Shown here piece by piece: positions 18,533-28,804 of a DNA stretch of 64,000 nt. The number at the start of each line of letters is the position of its first letter. Within the stretch, counting starts at the first letter, position 1. The position numbers were made by a program, and so were the translations under genes. This DNA comes from Longimicrobiales bacterium (GTDB lineage: Bacteria > Gemmatimonadota > Gemmatimonadetes > Longimicrobiales > Gaopeijiaceae), in assembly GCA_965248195.1 (NCBI GenBank), contig CBDFIQ010000002.1:64001-128000 (forward strand), given 5' to 3'. A model generated the notes under the pieces. The model worked only from the letters and a program-made list of their open reading frames with translations, was not told where the DNA came from and searched no databases.

Positions 18533-19546
18533 ATGAAGCGAACGTCCCTCCTCGTGGTTGTCTTTTCGAGCCTTCTGGCGGGTCCGCTCGCAGACAACCT
18601 CCGGGCCATGGATCAGGCGGTCGGCCTGGCGGACGACGGATTCCCGAGGTCCGGCCAGGTCGCGGATGCGGAGACGCGAGCTCCGCTCAGTGAGGCGATC
18701 GTGGAGTTGCCCGAGCTCGGAATTCGGGTGATCTCGGACGAGTTGGGTCGGGTCGACCTCGGTCGTCTCCCGACTGGGCGACATCGCATAACAGCAGAGC
18801 GGGTCGGCTACGACGGCATCGGAGTAGGCGAATTGCCGGTTCCCTGGAACGAAGATTTCCTGATTCTGCTGGACCGTGACCCGACCTACGACCCGCTGGT
18901 TCCGGGGCGCATCGTCGGTCGGGTCACAGAGGAGGGCAGAGACCGTGGGGTTTCAGACGTGGAGGTCACGGTACTGGGCCCTGCACGCGCTGGTACAGTG
19001 ACGGATGGACGTGGCCGTTTCGATTTGAGAGACCTGGAGCCGGGGTTGATGGAGGTCCAGTTCACGCACCTGGGTTACGCCTCCCGCACGACCACACTGA
19101 TCGTGCAACCCGGAGGAACGGTCGAAATCAACGCCTCGATGTCCGCCCAGCCGATCGAGCTCGAGCCGATCGAGGTCACGGTCCGCTCCGCGTACCTCGA
19201 ACGGAACGGGTTCTACCGGCGGTCCCGCCTCTGGGGTAAGCAGTTCACACGGACAGACCTGGACGAAATCAACCCGACGTACCTATCGGACGTCTTTTGG
19301 CGGGTTCCGGGCGTGACGGTGGAGCGTCGGGGGTTCGACGCGGTAGCCGTGAGCGGGCGGGTCACCAGTCTGAGCTTTGGCAGCTGTGTTCTGCCGGTGT
19401 ACGTGGACGGGGTTCGGTCGTTCGATGCGGATCTCGACCGATTCCCACCAGAGTGGATCGGTGCGATGGAGGTCTACCACGGAATCAGCACGCCCATCGA
19501 GTACGGCTTTCAATCCTGCGGCGTGGTCCTCATCTGGACGCGGTGA
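18533..19546 (+). CDS. Secreted protein with two carboxypeptidase-regulatory-like domains and a TonB plug-like domain
   Basis: GQVADAETRAPL.. and GRVTEEG..TDGRGRF repeats; C-terminal VYVDG..MEVYHG..CGVVLIWTR. Confidence 0.8.
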   Translation: MKRTSLLVVVFSSLLAGPLADNLRAMDQAVGLADDGFPRSGQVADAETRAPLSEAIVELPELGIRVISDELGRVDLGRLPTGRHRITAERVGYDGIGVGELPVPWNEDFLILLDRDPTYDPLVPGRIVGRVTEEGRDRGVSDVEVTVLGPARAGTVTDGRGRFDLRDLEPGLMEVQFTHLGYASRTTTLIVQPGGTVEINASMSAQPIELEPIEVTVRSAYLERNGFYRRSRLWGKQFTRTDLDEINPTYLSDVFWRVPGVTVERRGFDAVAVSGRVTSLSFGSCVLPVYVDGVRSFDADLDRFPPEWIGAMEVYHGISTPIEYGFQSCGVVLIWTR

Positions 19547-19555
19547 AGTGGCTCC

Positions 19556-19582
19556 GGCCACCCCCATCGTTCGGAGGTGGCC
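19556..19582 (+). repeat. Hairpin repeat copy 3
   Basis: Identical to 8881-8907; begins 10 bp after a stop codon. Confidence 0.8.
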
Positions 19583-19666
19583 CTTTACCAGGCTCTCGCA
19601 AACGGACTGAGCCCCGCTTAGGATATATGTGAAGCATGGCTTGAAGGTTCTCTCTCAGGATTCGGA

Positions 19667-20830
19667 ATGATGGTGGGTCGCGACGGCGCGTTTGGTTTAT
19701 TGATAGGCGCAGCAGTTGCAGCGCTCTTCCTCGTACCAGCGCACGGTTTGGCACAAAGGGGGGTTGTTCGCACGGACCCGTGCAGCTCGGGGGTCGTCTA
19801 CCTGTCACCGGTGGACGGCCTGATTGGTTGCGCAGCGGAAGGATATGCTCCAGACCAGTACACCCTTGGAGTGCTGTACGCCAATGGTATCCGCGTGGCG
19901 GAGGACGATGAGGAAGCCGTCCGATGGTTTCGGATGGCCGCCGAGCAAGGACATGCTTCAGCCCAGCACAACCTGGGACTGATGTACGCCGAGGGTGACG
20001 GCGTCCCCGAGGACGATGCGGAGGCCGTACGGTGGTATCGGCTAGCAGCCGAGCAAGGATATGCTCCAGCCCAGGGAGCCCTTGGGGTGATGTACGACAA
20101 TGGTAACGGCGTCCCAGAGGACGATGCGGAGGCCGTACGCTGGTATCGGCTTTCCGCCGAGCAGGAGTTTGCTGCCGCCCAGTACAACCTTGGACTGATG
20201 TACGACGATGGTAACGGCGTCCCAGAGGACGATGCGGAAGCCGTACGCTGGTTTCGGCTTTCCGCCGAGCAGGGGTTTGCTGCCGCCCAGTACAACCTTG
20301 GAGTGATGTACGGCAATGGTGACGGCGTCCCCGAAGATGCTGGGGAGGCCGTACGCTTGTATCGGCTTTCCGCCGAGCAGGGGTATGCTTCAGGCGAATA
20401 CAACCTTGGAGTGATGTACGCCCATGGTTACGGCGTCCCCGAAGACGATGCGGAGGCCGTACGCTGGTATCGGCTAGCGGCCGAGCAAGAGTATGCTAGT
20501 GCCCAGTTCAACCTTGGAGTGATGTATAGCCGGGGTGAAGGCGTCCCCGAGGACGATGCCGAAGCCGTACGCTGGTATCGGTTAGCGGCTGAGCAGGGGG
20601 ATGCTCTAGCCCAGACGAACCTTGGATTGATGTACGCCAATGGAGACGGCGTCCTACAGGATCCGGTCTTCGCCTATATGTGGTTCGATCTCTCGGCGGC
20701 CCAAGGAAACGAGACTGCGCAAAGCAACAAAGACGTAATCGAGCAGTGGCTGAGTCGCGAGCAGATCGCCGAGGCCCGAAGGCTGTCCCGTGAATGGACA
20801 GATACGCATCCCCAGGACGGGGGCAACTGA
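19667..20830 (+). CDS. Secreted Sel1-repeat protein (8 repeats)
   Basis: 36-aa repeats AQYNLGxMYxxGxGVPEDDAEAVRWYRLAAEQG, visible as 108-bp DNA repeats. Confidence 0.95.
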   Translation: MMVGRDGAFGLLIGAAVAALFLVPAHGLAQRGVVRTDPCSSGVVYLSPVDGLIGCAAEGYAPDQYTLGVLYANGIRVAEDDEEAVRWFRMAAEQGHASAQHNLGLMYAEGDGVPEDDAEAVRWYRLAAEQGYAPAQGALGVMYDNGNGVPEDDAEAVRWYRLSAEQEFAAAQYNLGLMYDDGNGVPEDDAEAVRWFRLSAEQGFAAAQYNLGVMYGNGDGVPEDAGEAVRLYRLSAEQGYASGEYNLGVMYAHGYGVPEDDAEAVRWYRLAAEQEYASAQFNLGVMYSRGEGVPEDDAEAVRWYRLAAEQGDALAQTNLGLMYANGDGVLQDPVFAYMWFDLSAAQGNETAQSNKDVIEQWLSREQIAEARRLSREWTDTHPQDGGN

Positions 20831-20988
20831 GGGCCTAACGGCGTTGTCGCCGTTCTGGAGCGGGGTGGAGGGGGTGGCTTTGAAGTTCCTGAGCCGGAAT
20901 GGCGAGATTATCCTGCCCATTCAGCACCCTGGTTCTCGTCTTGACGTGACCGGCAGGGCGATCGTCGTAAAGTCTACGAGGTGACGAC

Positions 20989-21912
20989 ATGAAGATCTCG
21001 CGTCGAGAGATGCTCAAGATCAGCGCGGGGACCGGGGCCGCGCTGCTCCTGGGTGAGCTGCCCGCCGTAGCCCAGCAGCAACCGGTGCTCATGCGTTCGA
21101 TCCCGTCCTCGGGAGAGGAAATCCCCGCCGTGGGTCTCGGTAGTGCGCGCACGTTCAGTGTGGGCCCGCCGAACCCGGAGTGGGTGCCCTTGAGTGACGT
21201 GCTGGAGCTCTTCCATGAGATGGGGGGTCGCTTCTTCGATACGGCTCCCTCCTACGGGACCTCGGAGAGAGTGGCCGGCCAGCTCGTTCAGGAGCTCGGA
21301 ATCCAGAACGATCTCTTCTTCGCGACCAAGATCTCGACGGGTGGAGGGCGGGAGGCCGGGATCGATCAGGAGCAGGGGTCGCATGAGAGCTGGGGGCGCG
21401 ACACCATCGACCTGAACCAGGTGCACAACTTGCGGGATGTCGACATTCACCTGAGGACGATCCGACAGGCGAAGGAGGAGGGTCGAACGCGGTACGTGGG
21501 CGTGACCACCTCTTTCTCGCGGCAGTACCAGCGGATGGAGCAGGTGCTCCGGACCGAAGAACTCGATTTCGTCCAGGTCAACTACTCGCTCGGGGAACGC
21601 GAGGCCGCTGAGCGGCTCCTACCCCTGGCGCAGGATCGAGGGATCGCGGTAATCGTAAACGAGCCGTACAACGTCGGCCGACTTTTTAGCGCGACGGGCG
21701 GCCGCGAGCTTCCGGACTGGGCGGCCGAGTTCGATTGTCAAAGCTGGGGGCATTTCTTCCTCAAGTACATCCTGGCGCATCCGGCGGTGACGGTCGTCAT
21801 TCCGGCAACCTCGGATCCGGAGCACCTCGTCGACAACATGGGCGCGGGCGTGGGGCGGTTACCCGACGAGCGGACCCGGAGGCGCATGGAAGAGTTGTTC
21901 GATGAGTTGTAG
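20989..21912 (+). CDS. Aldo/keto reductase with Tat signal
   Basis: SRREMLK twin-arginine motif; DTAPSYG, ATK, QVHNL, VIPATS. Confidence 0.92.
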   Translation: MKISRREMLKISAGTGAALLLGELPAVAQQQPVLMRSIPSSGEEIPAVGLGSARTFSVGPPNPEWVPLSDVLELFHEMGGRFFDTAPSYGTSERVAGQLVQELGIQNDLFFATKISTGGGREAGIDQEQGSHESWGRDTIDLNQVHNLRDVDIHLRTIRQAKEEGRTRYVGVTTSFSRQYQRMEQVLRTEELDFVQVNYSLGEREAAERLLPLAQDRGIAVIVNEPYNVGRLFSATGGRELPDWAAEFDCQSWGHFFLKYILAHPAVTVVIPATSDPEHLVDNMGAGVGRLPDERTRRRMEELFDEL

Positions 21913-21957
21913 TCCCCCTCCAAGACATCCACGACTTAAGCGTCACGGGAGCCTGTC

Positions 21958-23343
21958 ATGCCAACGGTGAAGACCGCAAACGCACCCTCGTCGTACGAGT
22001 CACGCACACGGGTGCTCAGCCCGTCTCTTTGTGTTGGTGTCGGGCTCCTGCTCTGCGTGGGGCTGAACTCCGCCGGGGCGCAGGATCTGCCCGTACAGCT
22101 TCCCCCGCGCGTGCCCGCGCAGTTCATGAGTTATCAGGGAGCCGGCTGGCTCGAACGCCCCGAGCGTGTCGCGGAAGAGATGCCCGACGACATGCTGGCG
22201 ATGATGGGCCTCGAGGACGGTGACGTTGTCGCGGACATCGGGGCCGGCTCCGGATTCTTCACCCGGAGGATGGCCAGGCTCGTGGCTCCATCGGGCACGG
22301 TCTACGCCGTCGACATTCAACCCGAGATGCTGGAGATCTTACAGGGCTACGTTGAAGAAGAAGGCCTCACCGGCATCGTGCCCGTCCTGAGCGAGTTCGA
22401 TGACCCGAAGCTTCCCGAGGGCGAGATCGATTGGATCCTGCTCGTCGACGTGTATCACGAGTTCGGGAACCACGAGGCCATGCTCGCCAAGATGCGGCAG
22501 GCGCTGAAGCGCAACGGAAGGGTGGCTCTGCTCGAGTATAGGGTCGAGGACGGCACGGGCGACCACATCAAGGGCGATCACCGGATGTCGGTCCGCCAGG
22601 TCCTCAGCGAGTGGAAACCGGCGGGTTTCGACCTCGTCGAGCTGCACGAGTTCCTGCCGAGTCAGCACCTGTTCATCTTTCAGCCCGCTCGCCAGGATCG
22701 CACGGTCGGGATCGAGCCCCGGCCGGCCATCGCGAATTACGACGTCCTCGAGGCGATCAGAGAGGGCCTTATCGAGGTGAGCGGCGCGAATCCGGGACCC
22801 GAGACCGTCAACATGACGATAAGGAGAACCCGGCCCGAACCGATGGTAATTACGCTTCCTGTCGGAACGTACTTTGGGACTCAGGGACGAGCGATCGACA
22901 TGATCGCGCGTAGAGACGGGGCCGTCGTGCTCTTCGAGGACGGCCCCCAGGCTTGGCCGGTGCTGGCCCGCAGCATGCCTCCGACCCGGTCCGCCTCCCA
23001 GCCCCGGGACCGATTCGAAATCCGATCGGCCGACGAAAACATCGCCATGCGCAATGTCATGTGGCTGTTTCAGGGGCTGAACCTTCACCCCATGGTCGCC
23101 CCGATCGTCCAGCAGCTCGCCCTATGGATTGCCTCGGAGAACGCCGGTTACGATGATCTCGCCGAGCATGCGTCGGGCGCGCCGATCCCGGCCGAGGAAG
23201 CCGTGGCGCTCGCCGTGGCCTACCTGGACTCGAGCGGGACCGACGTCACCCAGAAGCGAATTTGGGCCGACCGCGAGAGGTTCGTCCCCGCACTCAGCGA
23301 CCCGGGTCTGAAGAGATTCTTCGAGACTCGAGATGGGAGATGA
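21958..23343 (+). CDS. Class I SAM-dependent methyltransferase with signal peptide and unknown C-terminal domain
   Basis: VADIGAGSG, AVDIQ, DVYHE; ~200-aa C-terminal extension. Confidence 0.8.
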   Translation: MPTVKTANAPSSYESRTRVLSPSLCVGVGLLLCVGLNSAGAQDLPVQLPPRVPAQFMSYQGAGWLERPERVAEEMPDDMLAMMGLEDGDVVADIGAGSGFFTRRMARLVAPSGTVYAVDIQPEMLEILQGYVEEEGLTGIVPVLSEFDDPKLPEGEIDWILLVDVYHEFGNHEAMLAKMRQALKRNGRVALLEYRVEDGTGDHIKGDHRMSVRQVLSEWKPAGFDLVELHEFLPSQHLFIFQPARQDRTVGIEPRPAIANYDVLEAIREGLIEVSGANPGPETVNMTIRRTRPEPMVITLPVGTYFGTQGRAIDMIARRDGAVVLFEDGPQAWPVLARSMPPTRSASQPRDRFEIRSADENIAMRNVMWLFQGLNLHPMVAPIVQQLALWIASENAGYDDLAEHASGAPIPAEEAVALAVAYLDSSGTDVTQKRIWADRERFVPALSDPGLKRFFETRDGR

Positions 23344-24025
23344 TCTGCGCCTGATCATCCGGGCGCAGCGAGAATCCCGATGAAACGCTCCGACAGGAGA
23401 TGGCTTCAGACCCGGCTCGACGCGTGGGTGGCCCGGGACCTGATCCGTACGGACCAGGCCGAAGCCATTCGCAAGTATCAGGAGCAAAATCCTGAAAAGC
23501 AGCTCTTCACGGTCTTCGGGCTCCTGGTCGGCGTGGGCGCCCTGAGTGTCGGCATCGGAATCATCCTGGTCGTGAGCTACAACTGGGAAAGGATCCCACC
23601 TGTCGTCCGACAGTCGGCGTTCCTGCTTGCCATCGTGGGCCTCGCGGAGGCCAGGCTTCGTTTGGCCGGGAGGACCCTCGTGGAGAAGGGCCTGGACGTC
23701 ATTTGGGTGGTCCTGCCGCTGGCCGGGATCGGCCTGTGGGGGCAGATCTACCAACTTTCTGGCGATGCCTTCACCCCGCTTGCCATGACGCTTGGCCTCG
23801 CCCTGCCCATCGTCTGGCTGGGTGGCCATGGGGGAGCCGCCACGACCCACGCCTTCATCTTCGTATGGGCGATGTTCACGGGGGTCTTCGAGGCCGGCAG
23901 TTGGATTTCCATGCTCGACCTGGCACCGCTCCGCGCTTGGTTGACACTAGGCGTCTGCGTTGCGCTGTGGATGGGCATGCTGTACCAAACACGACGTTTC
24001 GGCGGCCCGAGGGCGGCACTGACGC

Positions 24026-25401
24026 GGTAGTGTCCCTAGATTTGTGTAAAAGCGGATAAGCTGGACAGGAGGGAAAGAAAAACGGAAGCTCCTCTGTTGT
24101 TGTTCACTGTCACATGAACCCGGGAGTCCGGGTCTGCAGAGCAGGCTCGGAACCGGAGAGGAGCTTCCGATGCAAGAGATTGTGGAGATCGGTCGGGCCA
24201 CGCAAGACGAGCTACGCGATGATTTGCGCGAGCTGTTTCAAGGCGCGATCCGGCTGACGCTCGAGATGGTGCTGGAAGAGGAGCTGAAGGCCATGGTAGG
24301 TGCACGCCGCTTCGAGCGGGTGGGAAGCCGGAAGGACCATAGGAACGGCACATACCTGAGGCGGCTGCTGACGAGCCTGGGGCAGATCGAGGTCGCCATG
24401 CCCCGGAGCCGGGACAACGGTTCGCCGGCCGACGTGATCGGCCGCTACCAGCGCAGGAGCCCCGAGCTCGACGAGATGATGGTCGAGGCGTATGTGAGCG
24501 GCGTGTCACAGCGCAAGATGGGCGACGTCACCGAGGCGCTGATGGGCGAGCGTGTTGGGCGCTCGACGGTGAGTCGTGTGGCAAAACGGCTCGACGAGGC
24601 CGTGGAAGGGCTGCGCCGTGCGCCGATCGAGGGGCCTCACCCCTATCTGTACCTGGACGCCACGTTCTTGGACGCCCGCTGGGCCCGCAAAGTCGAGAAC
24701 GTGAGTGCGCTCGTGGCGTATGCAGTGGGCCCTGAGGGTCACCGACGGCTCCTGGCCGTCACGCTGGGCGCTGAGGAGTCGCAGCAGAGCTGGTCGGAGC
24801 TCCTCGAGCAACTCCAGGACCGCGGCCTCGGCGGTGTCGAGCTCGTGATCGCCGATGAGCACGCAGGCCTGGCAGCTGCGGTCCGCCGCTTCCTGCCCGA
24901 GGCACGCCGTCAGAGGTGTACGGTCCATCTGCAGCGTAATGTGGGGGCGAGGGTCCCCCACCGCCTACGCAAGCGCGTGGCGCGTGAGGTCTCGGTGATC
25001 TTCCAGACATCCGGACTCGCCGAGGCGAAGAAGCTCCTGGGCGAGTTCGGCGCACGCTGGAAGAAGGAGCTGCCCGAGGCCGTGGAGGTCCTGGAGCGGG
25101 GCTTCGGGGCAGCGACGCAGTTCTACGCGTTCCCCGAGGCGCACTGGCCCCGGCTGCGTACCACCAACAGCCTCGAGCGGCTGCACGGCGAGATCAAACG
25201 CAGGATCAAGGCCGCCGGCGCCTTCCCGGACCGGGCCAGCGCCCTCAGGCTCATCACGGCCGTCGCACTCAGGACCACACACGTCTGGGGCGACCGGCGT
25301 TACCTCGACCTCTCACTCCTCCAGAAACAGGAGGTCGCCCAAGCAGCCTAGCCGAAGGCGAGGAGCTTCCTCCGCTTTTACACACAAATCGGGACTTGAC
25401 C
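24026..25401 (+). mobile_element. IS256-family element copy 1 (1376 bp), 8-bp target duplication ACTGACGC
   Basis: Imperfect IRs GGTAGTGTCCC... / GGTCAAGTCCC...; duplication at 24018-24025 and 25402-25409. Confidence 0.95.
24170..25351 (+). CDS. IS256-family transposase
   Basis: RNG, YLYLDA, IADEH, QRCTVH, TTNSLERLHGEIKRR. Confidence 0.95.
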   Translation: MQEIVEIGRATQDELRDDLRELFQGAIRLTLEMVLEEELKAMVGARRFERVGSRKDHRNGTYLRRLLTSLGQIEVAMPRSRDNGSPADVIGRYQRRSPELDEMMVEAYVSGVSQRKMGDVTEALMGERVGRSTVSRVAKRLDEAVEGLRRAPIEGPHPYLYLDATFLDARWARKVENVSALVAYAVGPEGHRRLLAVTLGAEESQQSWSELLEQLQDRGLGGVELVIADEHAGLAAAVRRFLPEARRQRCTVHLQRNVGARVPHRLRKRVAREVSVIFQTSGLAEAKKLLGEFGARWKKELPEAVEVLERGFGAATQFYAFPEAHWPRLRTTNSLERLHGEIKRRIKAAGAFPDRASALRLITAVALRTTHVWGDRRYLDLSLLQKQEVAQAA

Positions 25402-26088
25402 ACTGACGCTCTGGGTCGCGTTCCTCGTCTTCATGTTTTCCGTAGTCGTGGCAGGAGGCACCCTCGAGGTGGACCATGGTGGGGTGTACTTCTTGATCGC
25501 CAGTGCCTTGGGGATGCTCTTCTGGGCCGGCCGGGGACTGCTCCGCCTCGAGATGCAGCAAAGTGGTGATCTCGGCTGGGCCACGGCGGCGATGCTCCTG
25601 TATGCGCTTTCCTACCTACACAATGACTTCGGTCTCGAAGGAAGCGTATCTACGCCCGGCCTTTACTACGGCCTTCTCATGAGCGTGATCGCCGTAGCCG
25701 GCCTTGCCTCGGCCGATGTCGAGGAGAAGGCGGGCGTGGGCGGCGGGGGCGGCTTCAAGTTGCTCCTGGGGTTGCCGCTGGCCCTGAGCGCTCTGTTGGT
25801 GTTCACGAGCCAGGAGGTGTTGGTCGGCTACCTCGCCAACGTCGCGCTCCTCGGGTTCTGCCTCTATACGATGCACGTGGGGGTGCTCAGGGCCGACAAG
25901 CGTCTGATCAATCAGGGGGTCGCTGTGGTCGGACTTCTCATGGTGACCCGCTTTATCGACTATTTCGGGAGCCTGCTGACGAGCGGGAGCGCGTTCATCG
26001 TCATGGGTCTTCTGTTCCTGGGGTTGGCCTACGGCCTGGATCGAGGGCGCCGGCATCTTCTGGAACGAGTGCTGGGAGGGAGCGCCGC

Positions 26089-26607
26089 ATGAACGTGAAC
26101 TGGATGCGATGGACCATGGCCATGCAGGTGCTTGTCTTCGTGGGTTGGGCGGGCGTGGAGGAGTATGGCCGTGTCGATGCCGTAGAATTCGTCTTGGAGA
26201 CCCGGCCAGTCGACCCCCGCGACTTTCTGAGCGGGCTCTACATGACGCTGGGTTACCGCTTCATGGATCCCGAAGGATCGGTTCCGGGGAGGGAAGCTCT
26301 GGTGAGGTTGGAGTTCGAGAGGGAGGTCACCGTCAACGGCGCAACGTGGCCGGTGTGGCGGGCGGCCTTGAAGTCGGAGCCCTCTCTGGTCCAGGATCGG
26401 CGACTAACCGCGAGGAGCGGATGGGCCAGAGCGAGCGTCGAAGGCGGGCGGCTCGACTACGGAATCGACCGCTACTACTTCAGTGAGGCTCGCCAGGAAG
26501 AGCTCAACCAACTTCGGGGGGGTCAGTTTTACGTGCTGGTAAGCCTGGGGCGGGACGGGACTCTGCGGGTGCAGGATCTGATCTGGGAGGCGGAAGCGGG
26601 TAACTAG
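26089..26607 (+). CDS. GDYXXLXY-domain membrane-anchored protein
   Basis: TRPVDPRDFLSGLYMTLGY, YGIDRYY; ATGA overlap with the DUF2157 gene. Confidence 0.85.
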   Translation: MNVNWMRWTMAMQVLVFVGWAGVEEYGRVDAVEFVLETRPVDPRDFLSGLYMTLGYRFMDPEGSVPGREALVRLEFEREVTVNGATWPVWRAALKSEPSLVQDRRLTARSGWARASVEGGRLDYGIDRYYFSEARQEELNQLRGGQFYVLVSLGRDGTLRVQDLIWEAEAGN

Positions 26608-26730
26608 GGCCTGTTAACACTATCTGAGGGCTTCGACGATGAGCGCGAAGTGGATGAAGGCGGTAAACATCACGTCGAGCTTGTCAAAGCGGGAGAAGAT
26701 TCTTCTGAAGCCTTTGAGTCGCCGAAATAA

Positions 26731-28106
26731 GGTAGTGTCCCTAGATTTGTGTAAAAACGGATAAGCTGGACAGGAGGGAAAGAAAAACGGAAGCTCCTCT
26801 GTTGTTGTTCACTGTCACATGAACCCGGGAGTCCGGGTCTGCAGAGCAGGCTCGGAACCGGAGAGGAGCTTCCGATGCAAGAGATTGTGGAGATCGGTCG
26901 GGCCACGCAAGACGAGCTACGCGATGATTTGCGCGAGCTGTTTCAAGGCGCGATCCGGCTGACGCTCGAGATGGTGCTGGAAGAGGAGCTGAAGGCCATG
27001 GTAGGTGCACGCCGCTTCGAGCGGGTGGGAAGCCGGAAGGACCATAGGAACGGCACATACCTGAGGCGGCTGCTGACGAGCCTGGGGCAGATCGAGGTCG
27101 CCATGCCCCGGAGCCGGGACAACGGTTCGCCGGCCGACGTGATCGGCCGCTACCAGCGCAGGAGCCCCGAGCTCGACGAGATGATGGTCGAGGCGTATGT
27201 GAGCGGCGTGTCACAGCGCAAGATGGGCGACGTCACCGAGGCGCTGATGGGCGAGCGTGTTGGGCGCTCGACGGTGAGTCGTGTGGCAAAACGGCTCGAC
27301 GAGGCCGTGGAAGGGCTGCGCCGTGCGCCGATCGAGGGGCCTCACCCCTATCTGTACCTGGACGCCACGTTCTTGGACGCCCGCTGGGCCCGCAAAGTCG
27401 AGAACGTGAGTGCGCTCGTGGCGTATGCAGTGGGCCCTGAGGGTCACCGACGGCTCCTGGCCGTCACGCTGGGCGCTGAGGAGTCGCAGCAGAGCTGGTC
27501 GGAGCTCCTCGAGCAACTCCAGGACCGCGGCCTCGGCGGTGTCGAGCTCGTGATCGCCGATGAGCACGCAGGCCTGGCAGCTGCGGTCCGCCGCTTCCTG
27601 CCCGAGGCACGCCGTCAGAGGTGTACGGTCCATCTGCAGCGTAATGTGGGGGCGAGGGTCCCCCACCGCCTACGCAAGCGCGTGGCGCGTGAGGTCTCGG
27701 TGATCTTCCAGACATCCGGACTCGCCGAGGCGAAGAAGCTCCTGGGCGAGTTCGGCGCACGCTGGAAGAAGGAGCTGCCCGAGGCCGTGGAGGTCCTGGA
27801 GCGGGGCTTCGGGGCAGCGACGCAGTTCTACGCGTTCCCCGAGGCGCACTGGCCCCGGCTGCGTACCACCAACAGCCTCGAGCGGCTGCACGGCGAGATC
27901 AAACGCAGGATCAAGGCCGCCGGCGCCTTCCCGGACCGGGCCAGCGCCCTCAGGCTCATCACGGCCGTCGCACTCAGGACCACACACGTCTGGGGCGACC
28001 GGCGTTACCTCGACCTCTCACTCCTCCAGAAACAGGAGGTCGCCCAAGCAGCCTAGCCGAAGGCGAGGAGCTTCCTCCGCTTTTACACACAAATCGGGAC
28101 TTGACC
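26731..28106 (+). mobile_element. IS256-family element copy 2 (1376 bp), 9-bp target duplication CCGAAATAA
   Basis: Near-identical to copy 1; duplication at 26722-26730 and 28107-28115. Confidence 0.95.
26875..28056 (+). CDS. IS256-family transposase
   Basis: Protein identical to 24170-25351. Confidence 0.95.
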   Translation: MQEIVEIGRATQDELRDDLRELFQGAIRLTLEMVLEEELKAMVGARRFERVGSRKDHRNGTYLRRLLTSLGQIEVAMPRSRDNGSPADVIGRYQRRSPELDEMMVEAYVSGVSQRKMGDVTEALMGERVGRSTVSRVAKRLDEAVEGLRRAPIEGPHPYLYLDATFLDARWARKVENVSALVAYAVGPEGHRRLLAVTLGAEESQQSWSELLEQLQDRGLGGVELVIADEHAGLAAAVRRFLPEARRQRCTVHLQRNVGARVPHRLRKRVAREVSVIFQTSGLAEAKKLLGEFGARWKKELPEAVEVLERGFGAATQFYAFPEAHWPRLRTTNSLERLHGEIKRRIKAAGAFPDRASALRLITAVALRTTHVWGDRRYLDLSLLQKQEVAQAA

Positions 28107-28804
28107 CCGAAATAACCGCTCTATTTCGTTACGACGGCGATACATGACTCGGTCATACTGCCACGGGTTAACACGGCCCTGCTTGGGTGGCACGACCGGC
28201 GTAAACCCCAGCTCCAACACCAATTGCCGTGTTTCGCCCCCCTCGTACGCCCGGTCCATGATCATGGACACTGTGGAATGTACCGGCTTCAACGTGCGTA
28301 GCAGTTCCCGTCCTTCCGGCGCGTCGTGCTTGTGGCCTGGCGATAGCGAGAAGGTTATCGCGGTTCGAGCATCTGCGGCAACCATATGAATCTTGGTGGT
28401 CCAGCCTCCACGCGACTTGCCGATGGCCTGCGGGCCGTTTTTTTTTAGAGCGCCGGTGCCATCAGGGTGCACCTTGACGATGGTACTGTCGATCGACAGA
28501 GCTTGGATCTTGATCCGGATAATTTGCTCGTCTTGCAGGGCCGCAAAGACACGATCCAGCACACCTGCCCTGGCCCAGCGATTCATTCGGGTGTAGATCG
28601 TATGCCAGTTACCGAAACGCGGAGGCAACCCCCGCCATTTGCAGCCGTGTTCGGCCACATACAGGATCGCGTTAAGCACTTCGAGATTGGAGATGCTCAC
28701 ATTGCCGCGCTGATGCGGAAAGCAAGCCTCTATCCGACGATATTGGGACTCTGTGATTTTCATAGCCCCAATATACTACAAATTGCCCTTAGTGTTAACA
28801 GACC

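Larger units (their letters stand above)
23380..26092 (+). pseudogene. DUF2157-family membrane protein interrupted by IS256
   Basis: Halves rejoin in frame (GPRAALT|LWVAFLVFMF) after removing the IS and one target copy; YNWERIP and GQIYQL motifs; paired with a GDYXXLXY gene. Confidence 0.88.
26608..28804 (-). mobile_element. IS5-family element copy 2, interrupted by nested IS256
   Basis: Same IRs as copy 1; CTAG at 26604-26607 and 28805-28808; transposase (start 28763) broken at 28107/26730. Confidence 0.93.

Noticed and set aside
19840..20710. Regularly spaced DNA repeats resembling a CRISPR array
   Set aside because: They are 108-bp in-frame Sel1 coding repeats; no unique spacers and no cas genes.
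24026..28106. Composite transposon bounded by the two IS256 copies
   Set aside because: Separate target duplications; the intervening DNA is the continuation of the host genes.
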